64,000 nucleotides of DNA from Acidobacteriota bacterium (GCA_965248695.1 CBDFKD010000002.1:3104001-3168000), one strand, 5' to 3'; shown: positions 21,398-32,154, counted from the stretch's first letter. Notes: generated from the letters alone by a model not told the origin. A program made the numbers and translations.

Positions 21398-21579
21398 TGG
21401 CCTGTAACAGATGAACGTTGCCTATCGTGGTGGCGAAATGGGCTCGGATGCCAGGCGCTACGACGAGACGATGTTGGCCCATCTTCGAGGAGGAGCAACG
21501 GGGCAGACGGGTCAGTTTCGCCACTGTTCTCTTGATGGGCCTACGGACAGATGGGCAACGTTCATCTGTTACAGGCCAC
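21397..21579. mobile_element. MITE-like element, 183 bp, 26-bp perfect terminal inverted repeats flanked by TA
   Basis: TAGTGGCCTGTAACAGATGAACGTTGCC (21395-21422) is the exact reverse complement of 21554-21581; no convincing coding capacity. Confidence 0.8.
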
Positions 21580-21863
21580 TAGCTGTCGGCATTTCGGCGA
21601 CGAAACAGTGTCCGCAACAGATCCGCCAGGCCGACGCGTTCTAGTGCCTCGCCGCTCTTGTCTTTCACCGTGCTCAACAGGCGACGCGCCCAGGCCCACT
21701 CCAGCCCGAGAATGGCGAGCCCAATGGGGATGACGACGAACGCCGGGCCCGGCGTCACCAGCAGGATGATGCCGATCAGCACCACCGTAACGCCGACGAG
21801 CGTGACGATAATGCGCCGCGCCGCCTTGTACGTCAGGTCAGCTAGCTGGAATAGCACCAGCAC
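21579..21863 (-). CDS. PGPGW-domain small membrane protein
   Basis: LVTPGPAFVVIPIGLAILGLEWAWARRLL. Confidence 0.85.
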   Translation of the reverse strand: MLVLFQLADLTYKAARRIIVTLVGVTVVLIGIILLVTPGPAFVVIPIGLAILGLEWAWARRLLSTVKDKSGEALERVGLADLLRTLFRRRNADS

Positions 21864-21869
21864 CCTCGC

Positions 21870-22265
21870 CTAGCAGGCCGTGGCTTGCCGCAGTTGCGCG
21901 ACAAGATTCTGGATTCCCTCGCGCGCCAGCACGATGGCGTGCACCTTCATCGGTGGCAACGACCCGAGCACGGAGAGAATATCCTCGTCACTGATAGACG
22001 CAGCGTCATCGATGGTTGTTCCTGAAATCAGCTCAGATGCAACAGACCCGGCAGCGATGGCGGCTGCGCATCCGTAGGCTTTGAAGCGCGCTTCAGTGAT
22101 CACGCCGTCACGGCAGTGGGCCACCAAGCGGAGCATGTCGCCACAGACAGGGTTGTGCACCAACGCAACACCGTCCGGGTCGGCAAGATCGCCGAGATTG
22201 CGAGGGTTGTTGTAGTGATCGGCGAGGCCGCTATTGTCGCTCATGTCGCTCGCAGGAAGAAACAC
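21870..22265 (-). CDS. IscU/NifU-like Fe-S scaffold protein (third Cys replaced)
   Basis: HYNNPRNLG, NPVCGDML, FKAYGCAAAIA, LPPMKVHA (normally LPPxKxHC). Confidence 0.85.
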   Translation of the reverse strand: MFLPASDMSDNSGLADHYNNPRNLGDLADPDGVALVHNPVCGDMLRLVAHCRDGVITEARFKAYGCAAAIAAGSVASELISGTTIDDAASISDEDILSVLGSLPPMKVHAIVLAREGIQNLVAQLRQATAC

Positions 22266-22420
22266 ATTCGCTGGACCGGGGCAAGCGTAGCAGGCCGTGA
22301 TGGAAGTGTGGCGAGCCGGGCCGGAGCCCCGACCGTCCGTCCTCGAACGTGAAACCTGCCCGACACGAGGCCGTCTTAGTCTGATGAAGACTCTGCATCA
22401 TCGAACCTGATCGGAACGTA

Positions 22421-23491
22421 ATGAACGTAATTCAGACTCTCGGCCTGTCGAAAACCTATGGCGGTGGACCCTTCGGGTCGGGCGTCGATGCGCTTCGCGA
22501 CGTGAGCATCGATGTCGGTACCGGCGAGGCGTTCGGTCTGCTAGGACCCAACGGCGCCGGCAAGACGACGCTCGTCAAGATCCTGCTTGGCCTGGTTCAC
22601 CCGACCGCCGGAAGCGCTGTGCTGCTGGGCGAGCCGGCGGGCAGCCCGAAGTCGCGCAGCCACGTCGGCTACATGCCCGAGCGTCGCGAGTACCCTGATT
22701 TCCTCACCGCCGCGCAGGTCCTGGAGCTATTTGGCCGCCTGCTGGGCATGGACAAGCGCGAGCGCGCCAGACGGATCGACATCGTCCTGGAGGAAGTCGA
22801 GATGTCGGCCTGGCGGGACCATCGGGTCGGCGGCTTCTCCAAGGGAATGCAGCAACGTCTGGCGCTGGCCCAGGCGCTCCTTCCGGATCCGCAGGTCCTG
22901 TTCCTGGACGAGCCCACCGAAGGCATCGATCCGCTAGGCCGCGTTTCGATTCGCGGCATCCTGCGGCGCAACCTGGAGAAGGGCAAGACGCTGTTCGTGA
23001 ACTCACACATGCTCGGCGAGGTCGAGCTACTGTGCGATCAGGTGGCCATCCTGGTAAAGGGGCAGGTTCGACGAGAGGGACCGCTGAGCTCGCTACAAGC
23101 ACCCAACCCTGAGTACCGCCTGGTACTGGCGACCTCGGACGAAGTCACCGCGCGCGCCGCGCTGGCAGCGGACGGCGAGGAGCACGAATCGCTGGCGGCG
23201 CCGCCGGGGCGCAGCGCCTGGCGCCTGAGCGTCAGCGATCGAAGCGAGCTCAACGCCGCGCTCGATCGAGTGCGCCAGGCCGGCATCGAAATCGAGGAGG
23301 TCCAGCGGGTCCGTGCGAGCCTCGAGGAGGTGTTCGTACAGACCATCAGCGACGCCTCGTCGGAGGACTCCGACGCTGGCCGGCCCGGTGGTGCGCGATC
23401 CGGCGACGAGTCGATCGCCGTGGCCGATGTCCGACCCGATGAAGCCGAAGAGCCTGCCGCCGTTGCGGTCACGACGGAGACGGAGTCGTGA
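22421..23491 (+). CDS. ABC transporter ATP-binding protein
   Basis: GPNGAGKTT, FSKGMQQR, LFLDEP, NSH. Confidence 0.93.
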   Translation: MNVIQTLGLSKTYGGGPFGSGVDALRDVSIDVGTGEAFGLLGPNGAGKTTLVKILLGLVHPTAGSAVLLGEPAGSPKSRSHVGYMPERREYPDFLTAAQVLELFGRLLGMDKRERARRIDIVLEEVEMSAWRDHRVGGFSKGMQQRLALAQALLPDPQVLFLDEPTEGIDPLGRVSIRGILRRNLEKGKTLFVNSHMLGEVELLCDQVAILVKGQVRREGPLSSLQAPNPEYRLVLATSDEVTARAALAADGEEHESLAAPPGRSAWRLSVSDRSELNAALDRVRQAGIEIEEVQRVRASLEEVFVQTISDASSEDSDAGRPGGARSGDESIAVADVRPDEAEEPAAVAVTTETES

Positions 23492-24399
23492 CCGAGACGG
23501 TCGCATCGATCATCGCACCTGCCGCCAGCGGTCACCGGCTGACGGTGCAGCAGGTTGGCGCCCTGGTCGGCTACACGGTGCGCGAAGCGCGCAACAAGTG
23601 GACGCTGGTGGCGCTGTTCGCGCTCACGACACTGTTTCTGATCGCGCTGGCGACGGTGATCTCCGTCGACGTGGTCGAAGGGTCGATCGCCTCGGCCAGA
23701 TTGTTCGGCACCATCCCGCTGGAGATCGGTGGCAACGAGATCTCGATAGCCGACGCCGTCACCGTGATCCAGGTGGTGATCGTCAGCGTGCTGAGCACCT
23801 TCGGGCTCGTGTTGTCGCTATTCGTCACCGGCAGCATCATCCCGCGCACGTTGAACACCGGCTGGGTCGACCTGCTGGCCTCGCAACCTGTTGCGCGGAT
23901 GACGCTGGTGCTCGGCCGTACGCTGGGCGCTCTCGCCGTGGTCACAATGGCGCTCGCGTACCTGTTCGGCGGCAGCTGGTCGTTGCTCACTTGGAAAACC
24001 GGCTTCGGCAATGCCGGGTTCCTGCTGGCGGGTTTAATCGTCCTGTTCACCTTCGCCTGCTGCTACGCCGGCATGGTTCTCGTCGGGGTGCTGACCGGCA
24101 GCAGCCCCGTGAGCATCATCGCCGGCATCGGCATCTGGTTCCTCGGGCTGATCCTGTACCCACTGCACACGTATTCGGAATGGACCACGGCGTTCCGCGC
24201 CGGCTGGCCGCGGTCGTTGGTCACCGCAATCGCCGAAACCCTGTACTGGATTCTGCCGAAGACCCTGGAGCTGACGGATCGCGCTAGTCTGGCAACCCGG
24301 CTGGAACCGATTTCCCTGACCCCCATGTTGACATCGTTGCCGTTTCCGTTGATTTGCCTGGCGCTGGCATGTTGGTGGTTCGCGCGGCAGGATTACTGA
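23488..24399 (+). CDS. ABC-2 type permease
   Basis: Multiple TM segments, LASQPVARMTLVLGRTLG, C-terminal WFARQDY; overlaps the ATPase stop. Confidence 0.85.
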   Translation: MTETVASIIAPAASGHRLTVQQVGALVGYTVREARNKWTLVALFALTTLFLIALATVISVDVVEGSIASARLFGTIPLEIGGNEISIADAVTVIQVVIVSVLSTFGLVLSLFVTGSIIPRTLNTGWVDLLASQPVARMTLVLGRTLGALAVVTMALAYLFGGSWSLLTWKTGFGNAGFLLAGLIVLFTFACCYAGMVLVGVLTGSSPVSIIAGIGIWFLGLILYPLHTYSEWTTAFRAGWPRSLVTAIAETLYWILPKTLELTDRASLATRLEPISLTPMLTSLPFPLICLALACWWFARQDY

Positions 24400-24440
24400 G
24401 CTCTCAAACGTTCGATTGCACCTGTTGGAGGAACCAGAGC

Positions 24441-25574
24441 ATGAACATCAAGCTGGCCTACGATCGAGCATTTCCGCTGACGGCCATCGCGTGGGCCCTG
24501 GCGCTGTTGCTACTTCCTCCCATCGCGTGCTCCGGCACCGCCGCGCCCGCGGCAGGTGGTGACGAGGCCGAGTCGGCTGCCGCCCAGGGTGACCTCATCG
24601 CCCGGCTACCGGCCGATGCGACCACCGTCGGCCTGATCGACTTCGCCTCGCTCCGCAACAGTCCTGCCTACGAGTTCTTCAAGCGCGAGGGAGCCGAGTT
24701 CGGCAACCCCGACGATCTCGAGGAGATCATCGCCGAGACCGGTATCGACCCGCGCACCGACCTGCATCGGATTGCTTTCGTGTCCAGCGGCTGGTTCTCC
24801 GACGATATGAGCGACGCCTCGGGCGCCATTGCGGTGGCCAGCTTCGACCGCGACAGGGTCATCGACTCATTGGACGGCCACGCTACGGAGGAGTACAGCG
24901 GCTACACGCTCTACTCGATCGGCGATTGGGATGGTCCCGACGATGATGACGCCCACGACGGCGACAGCGACGCCGATGCCGACCATGCAGACGGCGACGA
25001 TACGGACGGCGACGACGACAGCGAGGTCGGCTACCTGACGCTCCTCGACGACAGCACCGTGGCGTTCGGCGGCAGCAGCACGATTCGAGCCATCATCGAC
25101 GTGGCCAACGGCGCCGCCTCGGCGCGCACCAACACCCGTCTCATGGGACTGCTCGAAGACGTCGACCCGGATAGCGAGACCTGGTTCATCTCGTCGCAGG
25201 ATGCTCTGTTGAGCGGGATCGCACCGGACGATAACGTCCCCATGCAGCAGATCCCCATCGATCGCATCAACGCGATGATCATGTCGCTCCGACTTGCCAA
25301 CGGCCTGCAGATGAACCTCCGCGGGCGCACCGAGGAATCTGCCGACGCCAAGCTGCTCGGCGACTCGCTCAACGGCATGCTCGCCTTCGGCAAGATGATG
25401 ATCCAGGGCAGCGACCCCGACGTGTTCTCGATCCTCGACACCAGCATCAGCGCCGGCAGCAGCGGTCGCGACGTGACCTTGCGCGCCGATCTGTCGATCG
25501 CCGACCTCGAAGCGTTGCGCGACTATGCGCGCGAGATGTTCGAGGAGTCGGTGGACGGGGTGCCTGGAGAGTAG
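24441..25574 (+). CDS. Lipoprotein of unknown function with Asp-rich insert
   Basis: Lipobox PIAC, LPADATTVGLIDF, YLTLLDDSTVAFG; GGAGG SD upstream. Confidence 0.75.
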   Translation: MNIKLAYDRAFPLTAIAWALALLLLPPIACSGTAAPAAGGDEAESAAAQGDLIARLPADATTVGLIDFASLRNSPAYEFFKREGAEFGNPDDLEEIIAETGIDPRTDLHRIAFVSSGWFSDDMSDASGAIAVASFDRDRVIDSLDGHATEEYSGYTLYSIGDWDGPDDDDAHDGDSDADADHADGDDTDGDDDSEVGYLTLLDDSTVAFGGSSTIRAIIDVANGAASARTNTRLMGLLEDVDPDSETWFISSQDALLSGIAPDDNVPMQQIPIDRINAMIMSLRLANGLQMNLRGRTEESADAKLLGDSLNGMLAFGKMMIQGSDPDVFSILDTSISAGSSGRDVTLRADLSIADLEALRDYAREMFEESVDGVPGE

Positions 25575-25577
25575 TTA

Positions 25578-25723
25578 CGGGGCGGAGACGACACACACTC
25601 GTCTCTGGCAACGGGTGGCGGCGGTAGTCGATGGGGGTTCGTGCTCACGCGTCGTGAGCGCAGGTATCCGAACATCAGCGTTGGCGATGTTGCCTGAGAC
25701 GAGTGTGTGTCGTCTCCGCCTCG
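25578..25723. repeat. REPIN-like inverted doublet of small palindromes
   Basis: GGCGGAGACGACACACACTCGTCTC (25581-25605) and its exact reverse complement (25696-25720); each arm is itself a GAGACGA-loop-TCGTCTC hairpin. Confidence 0.75.
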
Positions 25724-25811
25724 CGACTTTCCAGGTTCTCGTCCTCGAGTTGCGGACGACGTTGCACCCTAGTCGCTTGCGTGGGATGGGAGTGGTCCGC
25801 GAGCCAGCGCC

Positions 25812-27227
25812 CTAGTCTCCCGACGGCAAACTGGCGAGCAAGGTCAGTACGTCGAACAGCATCCTCGGCGCCCGCCGTATCGAGTCGACGGACAGCCGTT
25901 CATCGACGCCGTGGGCCTGACCATCGCCGGGGCCTAAACGGATGGGTGACCAGCCGTAGGCGACGATGTCGCGCTCGCGGAAGAAGTGGCTGTCCGTGAA
26001 TCCCGCAAGCACGGTGGGGATTACGCTGGCGCCGGCGTTATCGCGTCGGGCCGCTTCTTCGATCGCGCCCCACAGCGCGGTGTCACGCGGCGAGGCAGAG
26101 GGCTGGAAGCTCAGCAGGATCTCGATCTCGATCTCGTCGTCGTCGATCACGTCACGGAGCGAGGCGATGAACAGCTCCGGACGCTCTCCCGGCAACAGCC
26201 TGCAATCGAGCTCGGCCGCCGCCGCTGCCGAGATCACGTTGGTCTTCGAGCTGCCCTCGAGCACGGTGATCGCGATGGTATTGCGCAACAAGTTACCGAA
26301 CGAAGCCTCGAGCGCATCGAGCATGCGGGGTCGGGCGATGTTGCGCTCGATCGTGCGCATCTCGGCAGCCAGGTCGGGATCGGTCTCGAGTACGGCAGCG
26401 GCTCGAATGGCCTCGGCCACGGCGGGGACCAGCCGGATTGCTGGCCGATAGGTGCGCACGCGATCCAGCGCTCGCACGAGTCGGTTGGCGGCCGACAAGG
26501 TGATCGCGCGCGAACCGTGGCCGGCAGGACCACGGGCGGTGAGACGGAGCCATAGCGGGGTCTTCTGGGTTGTCTCGATGCCATGCACGGGGCGATTGCC
26601 CACCATGCGGACGTTGCCACCCTCGGTAAGCACGAACTCCACGCCGTCGAGCAGTTCGGGGCGATCGCGGACGATATGGCCGGCCCCTTCGAAACCTCCG
26701 GTTTCCTCCCCCGCGGTGGCCATGAAAATGACATCGCGACCCAGCTCCACGCCGGCGCGACGCAACGCCGCCATGGCAAGAAACTGCACGATCGCATCGG
26801 CCTTCATGTCGGCCACACCGCGACCATAGATATGGTCGTCGACCACCTCGCCGGCGAACGGATCGACGTTCCAGAACCTCTCGTCCGCCGAAACCACGTC
26901 CGTGTGGTTGAGCAGCACGACGTGTCCTCCGAGGGCACCGTTGCCGGGCAGGCGAGCAACGACGTTGGCACGCCCGGGCTCACTCTCGAAGACCTCGTGC
27001 TGGATGCCCTCAGCCGTAAACAGGGCGGCAAAGAAGTCCGCCGCCAGGGTCTCGTTCCCGGGCGGGTTCACGGTGCGAATGCGCACGTAGTGACGCAACA
27101 ACGCCAGCGCCTCGTCGCCTGTCGCATCCCAGTCGATTCCCTGCGGGGAGCCCTGCGCCGCAATGCCGATAGACAGGGTGAGCACGAGTGCAGTCAGAAC
27201 CGCAAGCGCACCTCGGCTACGCACCAC
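25812..27227 (-). CDS. M20/M25/M40 family metallo-hydrolase, exported
   Basis: TVNPPGNE, LLNHTDVV, YGRGVADMK, GEETGG, GFTDS, HGVDER. Confidence 0.93.
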   Translation of the reverse strand: MVRSRGALAVLTALVLTLSIGIAAQGSPQGIDWDATGDEALALLRHYVRIRTVNPPGNETLAADFFAALFTAEGIQHEVFESEPGRANVVARLPGNGALGGHVVLLNHTDVVSADERFWNVDPFAGEVVDDHIYGRGVADMKADAIVQFLAMAALRRAGVELGRDVIFMATAGEETGGFEGAGHIVRDRPELLDGVEFVLTEGGNVRMVGNRPVHGIETTQKTPLWLRLTARGPAGHGSRAITLSAANRLVRALDRVRTYRPAIRLVPAVAEAIRAAAVLETDPDLAAEMRTIERNIARPRMLDALEASFGNLLRNTIAITVLEGSSKTNVISAAAAAELDCRLLPGERPELFIASLRDVIDDDEIEIEILLSFQPSASPRDTALWGAIEEAARRDNAGASVIPTVLAGFTDSHFFRERDIVAYGWSPIRLGPGDGQAHGVDERLSVDSIRRAPRMLFDVLTLLASLPSGD

Positions 27228-27336
27228 TACACCTCACTCTGTCGTTGATGGTCGAGCGCTCGGGGAACCGCCAAAGCACAAGCTTACCCCGTGTTACGCT
27301 GCCTTGAGCAGTTCGCCTGACTTCTCCGGGGAACGC

Positions 27337-28371
27337 ATGAACCGAATCGTGCTCATCTTCTTTGCGCTGCTCCTGGTTGCCGGGGCAGCTGCGGCGTTCT
27401 ATCTGGACCTGCTTCCGATGCCGGGTCCGAGCTATACCGTGGCGACCACGCTGTACGACACCGACGCCAGCGGTACGGCGGACCTTCGCCTGCACCACAT
27501 CTCCGAAACAGTGCGCCTGTGGTACTGGGATCGTGATGACGACGGGTCCCCGGACGTCGTCGCCTATGACGCCATCCTGGGTCCGGAGGGCCAGCTGCAA
27601 ACCACCGGCGACGTCACCGCCTGGGACTTCGGCGGCGATTCGATCCTCGACATGGGCGATGTGCCGGGGGCCCTGCAGGAGCTACTGCGCTCGGAGCCAT
27701 ACGCCGCCGCCCTGGCCGCGGCAGGGCCCGGCAACGTCGAGCTGGTGGACATGCGCGTGCGCGATTTCGTCGCCGAGCTCGCCCGTAGGTACGACGACTG
27801 GCGCCTGTCGGGTTTCCAGCTCGCGGTGCTTGGCGCCAGGCTGCCCAACGCGGATCGGCTGCTGCCCGGAGCGGCGCGCGCCTATCGCTTCGGCGTTCAC
27901 CAGGGTTTCGATATGTACGGCGGCTACGTCGGCGTGCCCACCGGCTACGGTGCGCCGGTGCTCGCCTCGAAGGCCAGTATCGTTGCGCGCGCCGACCTCA
28001 ACTACATCGAGATGACGCCAGAACAGTACGCCGAGGTCATCGCCACCTCTCGCGCCGCCGGCACTACCCCGCCCGCCGAGCTCGACCTGCTGCGCGGACG
28101 TCAGGTCTGGATCGACCATGGTCACGGCATTCTCACCCGGTATGCTCATCTGTCGGGGATCGCTCCGGGCGTCGAGCAGGGTGCCTCGGTCGACGGGCGA
28201 TCGGTCATCGGGTTCGTCGGCAACTCCGGCATGGATGCCGGCGCCAACGGCACCCGCGGCGGAGCCCACCTGCACTTCGAGATGCGTATCGACGACCGCT
28301 ATCTGGGCGAGGGCCTGAGGGCGGATGAGATTCGCTCACTGGCCAATCGGATCTTCGGACTGGAGGAGTAG
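27337..28371 (+). CDS. M23 family metallopeptidase
   Basis: HQGFD, YAHLS, IGFVGNSG, AHLHFE; N-terminal anchor; DRDDDGSPD Ca-loop-like motif. Confidence 0.88.
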   Translation: MNRIVLIFFALLLVAGAAAAFYLDLLPMPGPSYTVATTLYDTDASGTADLRLHHISETVRLWYWDRDDDGSPDVVAYDAILGPEGQLQTTGDVTAWDFGGDSILDMGDVPGALQELLRSEPYAAALAAAGPGNVELVDMRVRDFVAELARRYDDWRLSGFQLAVLGARLPNADRLLPGAARAYRFGVHQGFDMYGGYVGVPTGYGAPVLASKASIVARADLNYIEMTPEQYAEVIATSRAAGTTPPAELDLLRGRQVWIDHGHGILTRYAHLSGIAPGVEQGASVDGRSVIGFVGNSGMDAGANGTRGGAHLHFEMRIDDRYLGEGLRADEIRSLANRIFGLEE

Positions 28372-28449
28372 GTCCTCCGGCTCGGTCGTACACCAGATCG
28401 ACGCCCGTTGCACAGCGCCTATGCCGGCGCCCGATTCATCGCCTGCGGC

Positions 28450-29037
28450 TCAGAATAGCCAGCCGGCAAGCATCGCCATCAGGGCGAGCGCACCGCTGAA
28501 CGCCACCGTCACGATTAGCGCGACCAGTGCGGGCACCACAATCAGGGCAACGGCACGGACCCGGTCGAGGCCGTAGACGCGCTCGGCGACGAAGACCACC
28601 GCCGCCAGCTGCCAGAGCCACACGGCCCAGCCGAAGAACGCCTGGACAACCGGAATACCGATGATCCAAAGTGCGAGATACGTGTGGCCGAACGGTCGGT
28701 AGAAGGCCAAGAAGTCGCGCTTGGCGTCGAATACCACCACCGCCCCGAGGTGAATCACAGCGGCGAACAGGAAGCTGGCGACGAGGTGCACGAGGCTGTA
28801 CCCGACGTGCCCCGCGAGCGACAGCCCGGAGCCGGCAGCAGCGGCGATGCCGGCGAGCGCCGCGATCACCATAGCGGCTGGGAACGCGTCGTCGTCGGCC
28901 GACGCACGATCGACAGCCGCAACGCGGAACCGGAGGATATCGAGCGCCGACCGGATCCTGTCGAGTGGGCTGTCGTGCTGGTCTTCGGTTGCCGCTGCAG
29001 CGTCAACCAGCGGAGCCGAACTCTCGTGCGCGTTCAT
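28450..29037 (-). CDS. YIP1-like membrane protein
   Basis: Five TM segments, C-terminal YGLDRVRAVALIVVP. Confidence 0.65.
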   Translation of the reverse strand: MNAHESSAPLVDAAAATEDQHDSPLDRIRSALDILRFRVAAVDRASADDDAFPAAMVIAALAGIAAAAGSGLSLAGHVGYSLVHLVASFLFAAVIHLGAVVVFDAKRDFLAFYRPFGHTYLALWIIGIPVVQAFFGWAVWLWQLAAVVFVAERVYGLDRVRAVALIVVPALVALIVTVAFSGALALMAMLAGWLF

Positions 29038-29038
29038 G

Positions 29039-29529
<491 letters not shown>

Positions 29530-29533
<4 letters not shown>

Positions 29534-30240
29534 CCGCTCCCTAGACCGGCCAGGGCACCCGCAGCGGCACCGAATACGGCGATGGAGAACAGCAGGCAAC
29601 AGCACACCAGCAAGTAGGGCACCAGCACCGCAGCTGCGGCGCGCCCGGTCGGAACTCCCTGCGCCTCGCGCAGGCCGATCGTGGTGCTGACGATGCCCCA
29701 CAGCGTCGCGACGAGGCCGCCACAGAACGGCATCGCCAGCCAGACATAGTTGGCACCGGCGGCGTAGCAGACCGTCTTGAGCGTCGTCTCGGGCGGATGC
29801 GGGGCGCCACCGAACAGCAGCAACAACAGGTGATAGATCCCGGTGATGACCACCGCGAACACCAGCACCGCGACCGGCGCCAGGATGAACCCGATGATCC
29901 CGAGGGTGTTGGCCACCGCGATCTCACCAAAGTCGAGCCCGCCGAACGGACCGATCATGGAGCGGGTTGCCGACTGCCAAAGGAGGCCGAAGAAGCTGCC
30001 GAACGTGCCCAGGATGAGCAGGAAGGCGATCGCACCGCCGAGGTCGCCACTGCGCCGCATGTTGCGGAAGGTCTCGTTCGGTGCGAAGAGCACACCACGG
30101 ACGGTATCGAGCGCCCCGGTTGCCGAGCGTCCCGGGTCGTCCGCTTCCCAGGGAACGCCGGGGCGACGCGAAGGATCAACATCTCCGGTTCCAGTTGCTG
30201 GATCGGCGGGCGAACCCGTGTCGCCACCGTCGGTCACCAT
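29530..30240 (-). CDS. YIP1 family membrane protein
   Basis: GVPWE...TVRGVLFAPNETFRNM, TLKTVCYA, PFCGG, GLREAQGVPTGRAAAAVLVP. Confidence 0.8.
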
Positions 30241-30486
30241 GCCGCCCCCTTTCGAGCATCCCGCGACCCCATCCGTGTGGTATCCATGCGGTGTCGTAGC
30301 GACGCTGCTAATCTGGAAAGAGATACCGGGTTGGCTCTCGAATGCGCGCCTGGCGCCGGATTCTCTTGGCCATCACCCGCTGACATCAGCTATCTTAAGT
30401 GCAATCGGACGTGCGTGAACAAGACACCGACCCCATCGCTTCATGGACCCGACGGATCATCCAACCGTCGTAACCCTCGGTACGTC

Positions 30487-32154
30487 ATGACAGCCAAGCG
30501 CAAGACTCTGTTCACGGTGATGTTTATCAGCGCGCTGGCTGTCTCGATCGCGGCCGGGCCGGCGGCGCTCAGCAAGGCGCAGGGCTTCTACAACCGACTC
30601 GAGGTTCTCGGCCGTATGTTCGAGATCATCGAGATGCACTACGTCGAGGAGGTGGAAGCGGAGGACATGTTCGAGTACGCCGTTAGCGGTGTGCTCGAGA
30701 ACCTCGACCCGCATTCGCACTACTACACCGCCGACGAGTACCGGAACCTGCAGGAGCGCTACCGCGGCGACTACTTCGGCATCGGCATCCAGTTCGACGT
30801 CTTCGACGGCGTGCTCACGGTGCTCGACGCGCTCGAGGGCGGACCATCCCAGCAACTGGGCCTGCGTCCCGGCGATCAGATCGTCCGCATCGAAGGCGAG
30901 GACGCCACCGGGCTCGACAACGAGCAGATCTTCGAGCGCTTGCGTGGTCCCAAGGGGACGCGCGTCAGCGTGACCGTACGCCGACCGGCGCTCGACGACG
31001 AGTGGGACGTCAACATCACGCGCGACCAGGTCGAGGTGTCGTCCATCCTGGCGGCGACGATGCTCGAGTCCGATGTTGGCTACGTGTGGCTCAGTACGTT
31101 TTCACAAAAGGGCGCCGATCAGCTCGAAGAGCACCTGCGCGACTTCGAGGCGCGCGGCATGCGAGCCTTCGTTCTCGACTTGCGTGGCAATCGCGGTGGC
31201 CTCATGAGCCAGGCGATCCGGATCACCGACAAGTTCCTGTCCGGCGGCAAGAAGATCCTGGTGACCAAGGGTCGTACCGCCAACGCCAGCGGAGAGAACC
31301 TGTCGACGGACCGCGACACCCACCCGCAGACGCCGATGATCGTCCTCGTGGATCATCAGTCGGCGAGTGCCTCGGAGATCGTCGCCGGCGCGTTGCAAGA
31401 CTGGGATCGCGCCCTCGTGGTCGGGCAGGTGACGTTCGGCAAGGCGCTGGTGCAGAACCAGTTCCCCTTCAACGACGGCTCGGCGCTCTTTCTCACCATC
31501 GCGCGCTACTACACTCCGAGCGGAAGGCTGATCCAGCGCCCCTACAGCGAAGGTGACGAGGAGGAGTACTTCAACCCGGACTGGGACACGATCGAGGAAT
31601 CGTCAGACGAGACCGACGCCATGGCGGAGGAAGTCGCTGACGCCGGATCGGAATCGCCCGAGCGACCGTTGTTCCACACCGACGCCGGCCGACCGGTGTT
31701 CGGCGGTGGCGGCATCGTTCCCGACGTCGGCATCGACCCGACCAAGGTGTCTAGCCTGGCAATTTGGCTCTACAATCGCCGGCTGACGTTCCAGTTCGCC
31801 ACCCGCTACGTCGCCGAGCACGCAGCTGCGTTGCCCACCGACCTCGACGCCTATCTGGAAGATTTCGCCGTCGACGACGCCATCGTCGACGAGTTCGTAG
31901 AGTTCCTGCGCTATCCGTCACTGCGCGACCAGCTCGAGGCGGCGCAGGTGCCACTCGACGACGAGACGCTCGCCGGCGCCCGCGACGACATTCGCATGTA
32001 CCTGCGCGCGCATCTGGCCGCCAACATCTGGGGTCTCGAGGCCGGTCGTATTGTCCTGCTGGAGTACGACGGGCAGGTGCAGCAGTCGCTCGGCCTGGTG
32101 CCGCAGGCTGCCGACCTCATGGATCTCAGGCCTCAGGTGGCCGCCGGCTTCTAG
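30487..32154 (+). CDS. S41 family C-terminal processing protease (PDZ)
   Basis: LDPHSHY, GIGIQF, LDLRGNRGG, SASASEIVAGALQDWDRA, TFGKALVQ, GGGGIVPD. Confidence 0.95.
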   Translation: MTAKRKTLFTVMFISALAVSIAAGPAALSKAQGFYNRLEVLGRMFEIIEMHYVEEVEAEDMFEYAVSGVLENLDPHSHYYTADEYRNLQERYRGDYFGIGIQFDVFDGVLTVLDALEGGPSQQLGLRPGDQIVRIEGEDATGLDNEQIFERLRGPKGTRVSVTVRRPALDDEWDVNITRDQVEVSSILAATMLESDVGYVWLSTFSQKGADQLEEHLRDFEARGMRAFVLDLRGNRGGLMSQAIRITDKFLSGGKKILVTKGRTANASGENLSTDRDTHPQTPMIVLVDHQSASASEIVAGALQDWDRALVVGQVTFGKALVQNQFPFNDGSALFLTIARYYTPSGRLIQRPYSEGDEEEYFNPDWDTIEESSDETDAMAEEVADAGSESPERPLFHTDAGRPVFGGGGIVPDVGIDPTKVSSLAIWLYNRRLTFQFATRYVAEHAAALPTDLDAYLEDFAVDDAIVDEFVEFLRYPSLRDQLEAAQVPLDDETLAGARDDIRMYLRAHLAANIWGLEAGRIVLLEYDGQVQQSLGLVPQAADLMDLRPQVAAGF

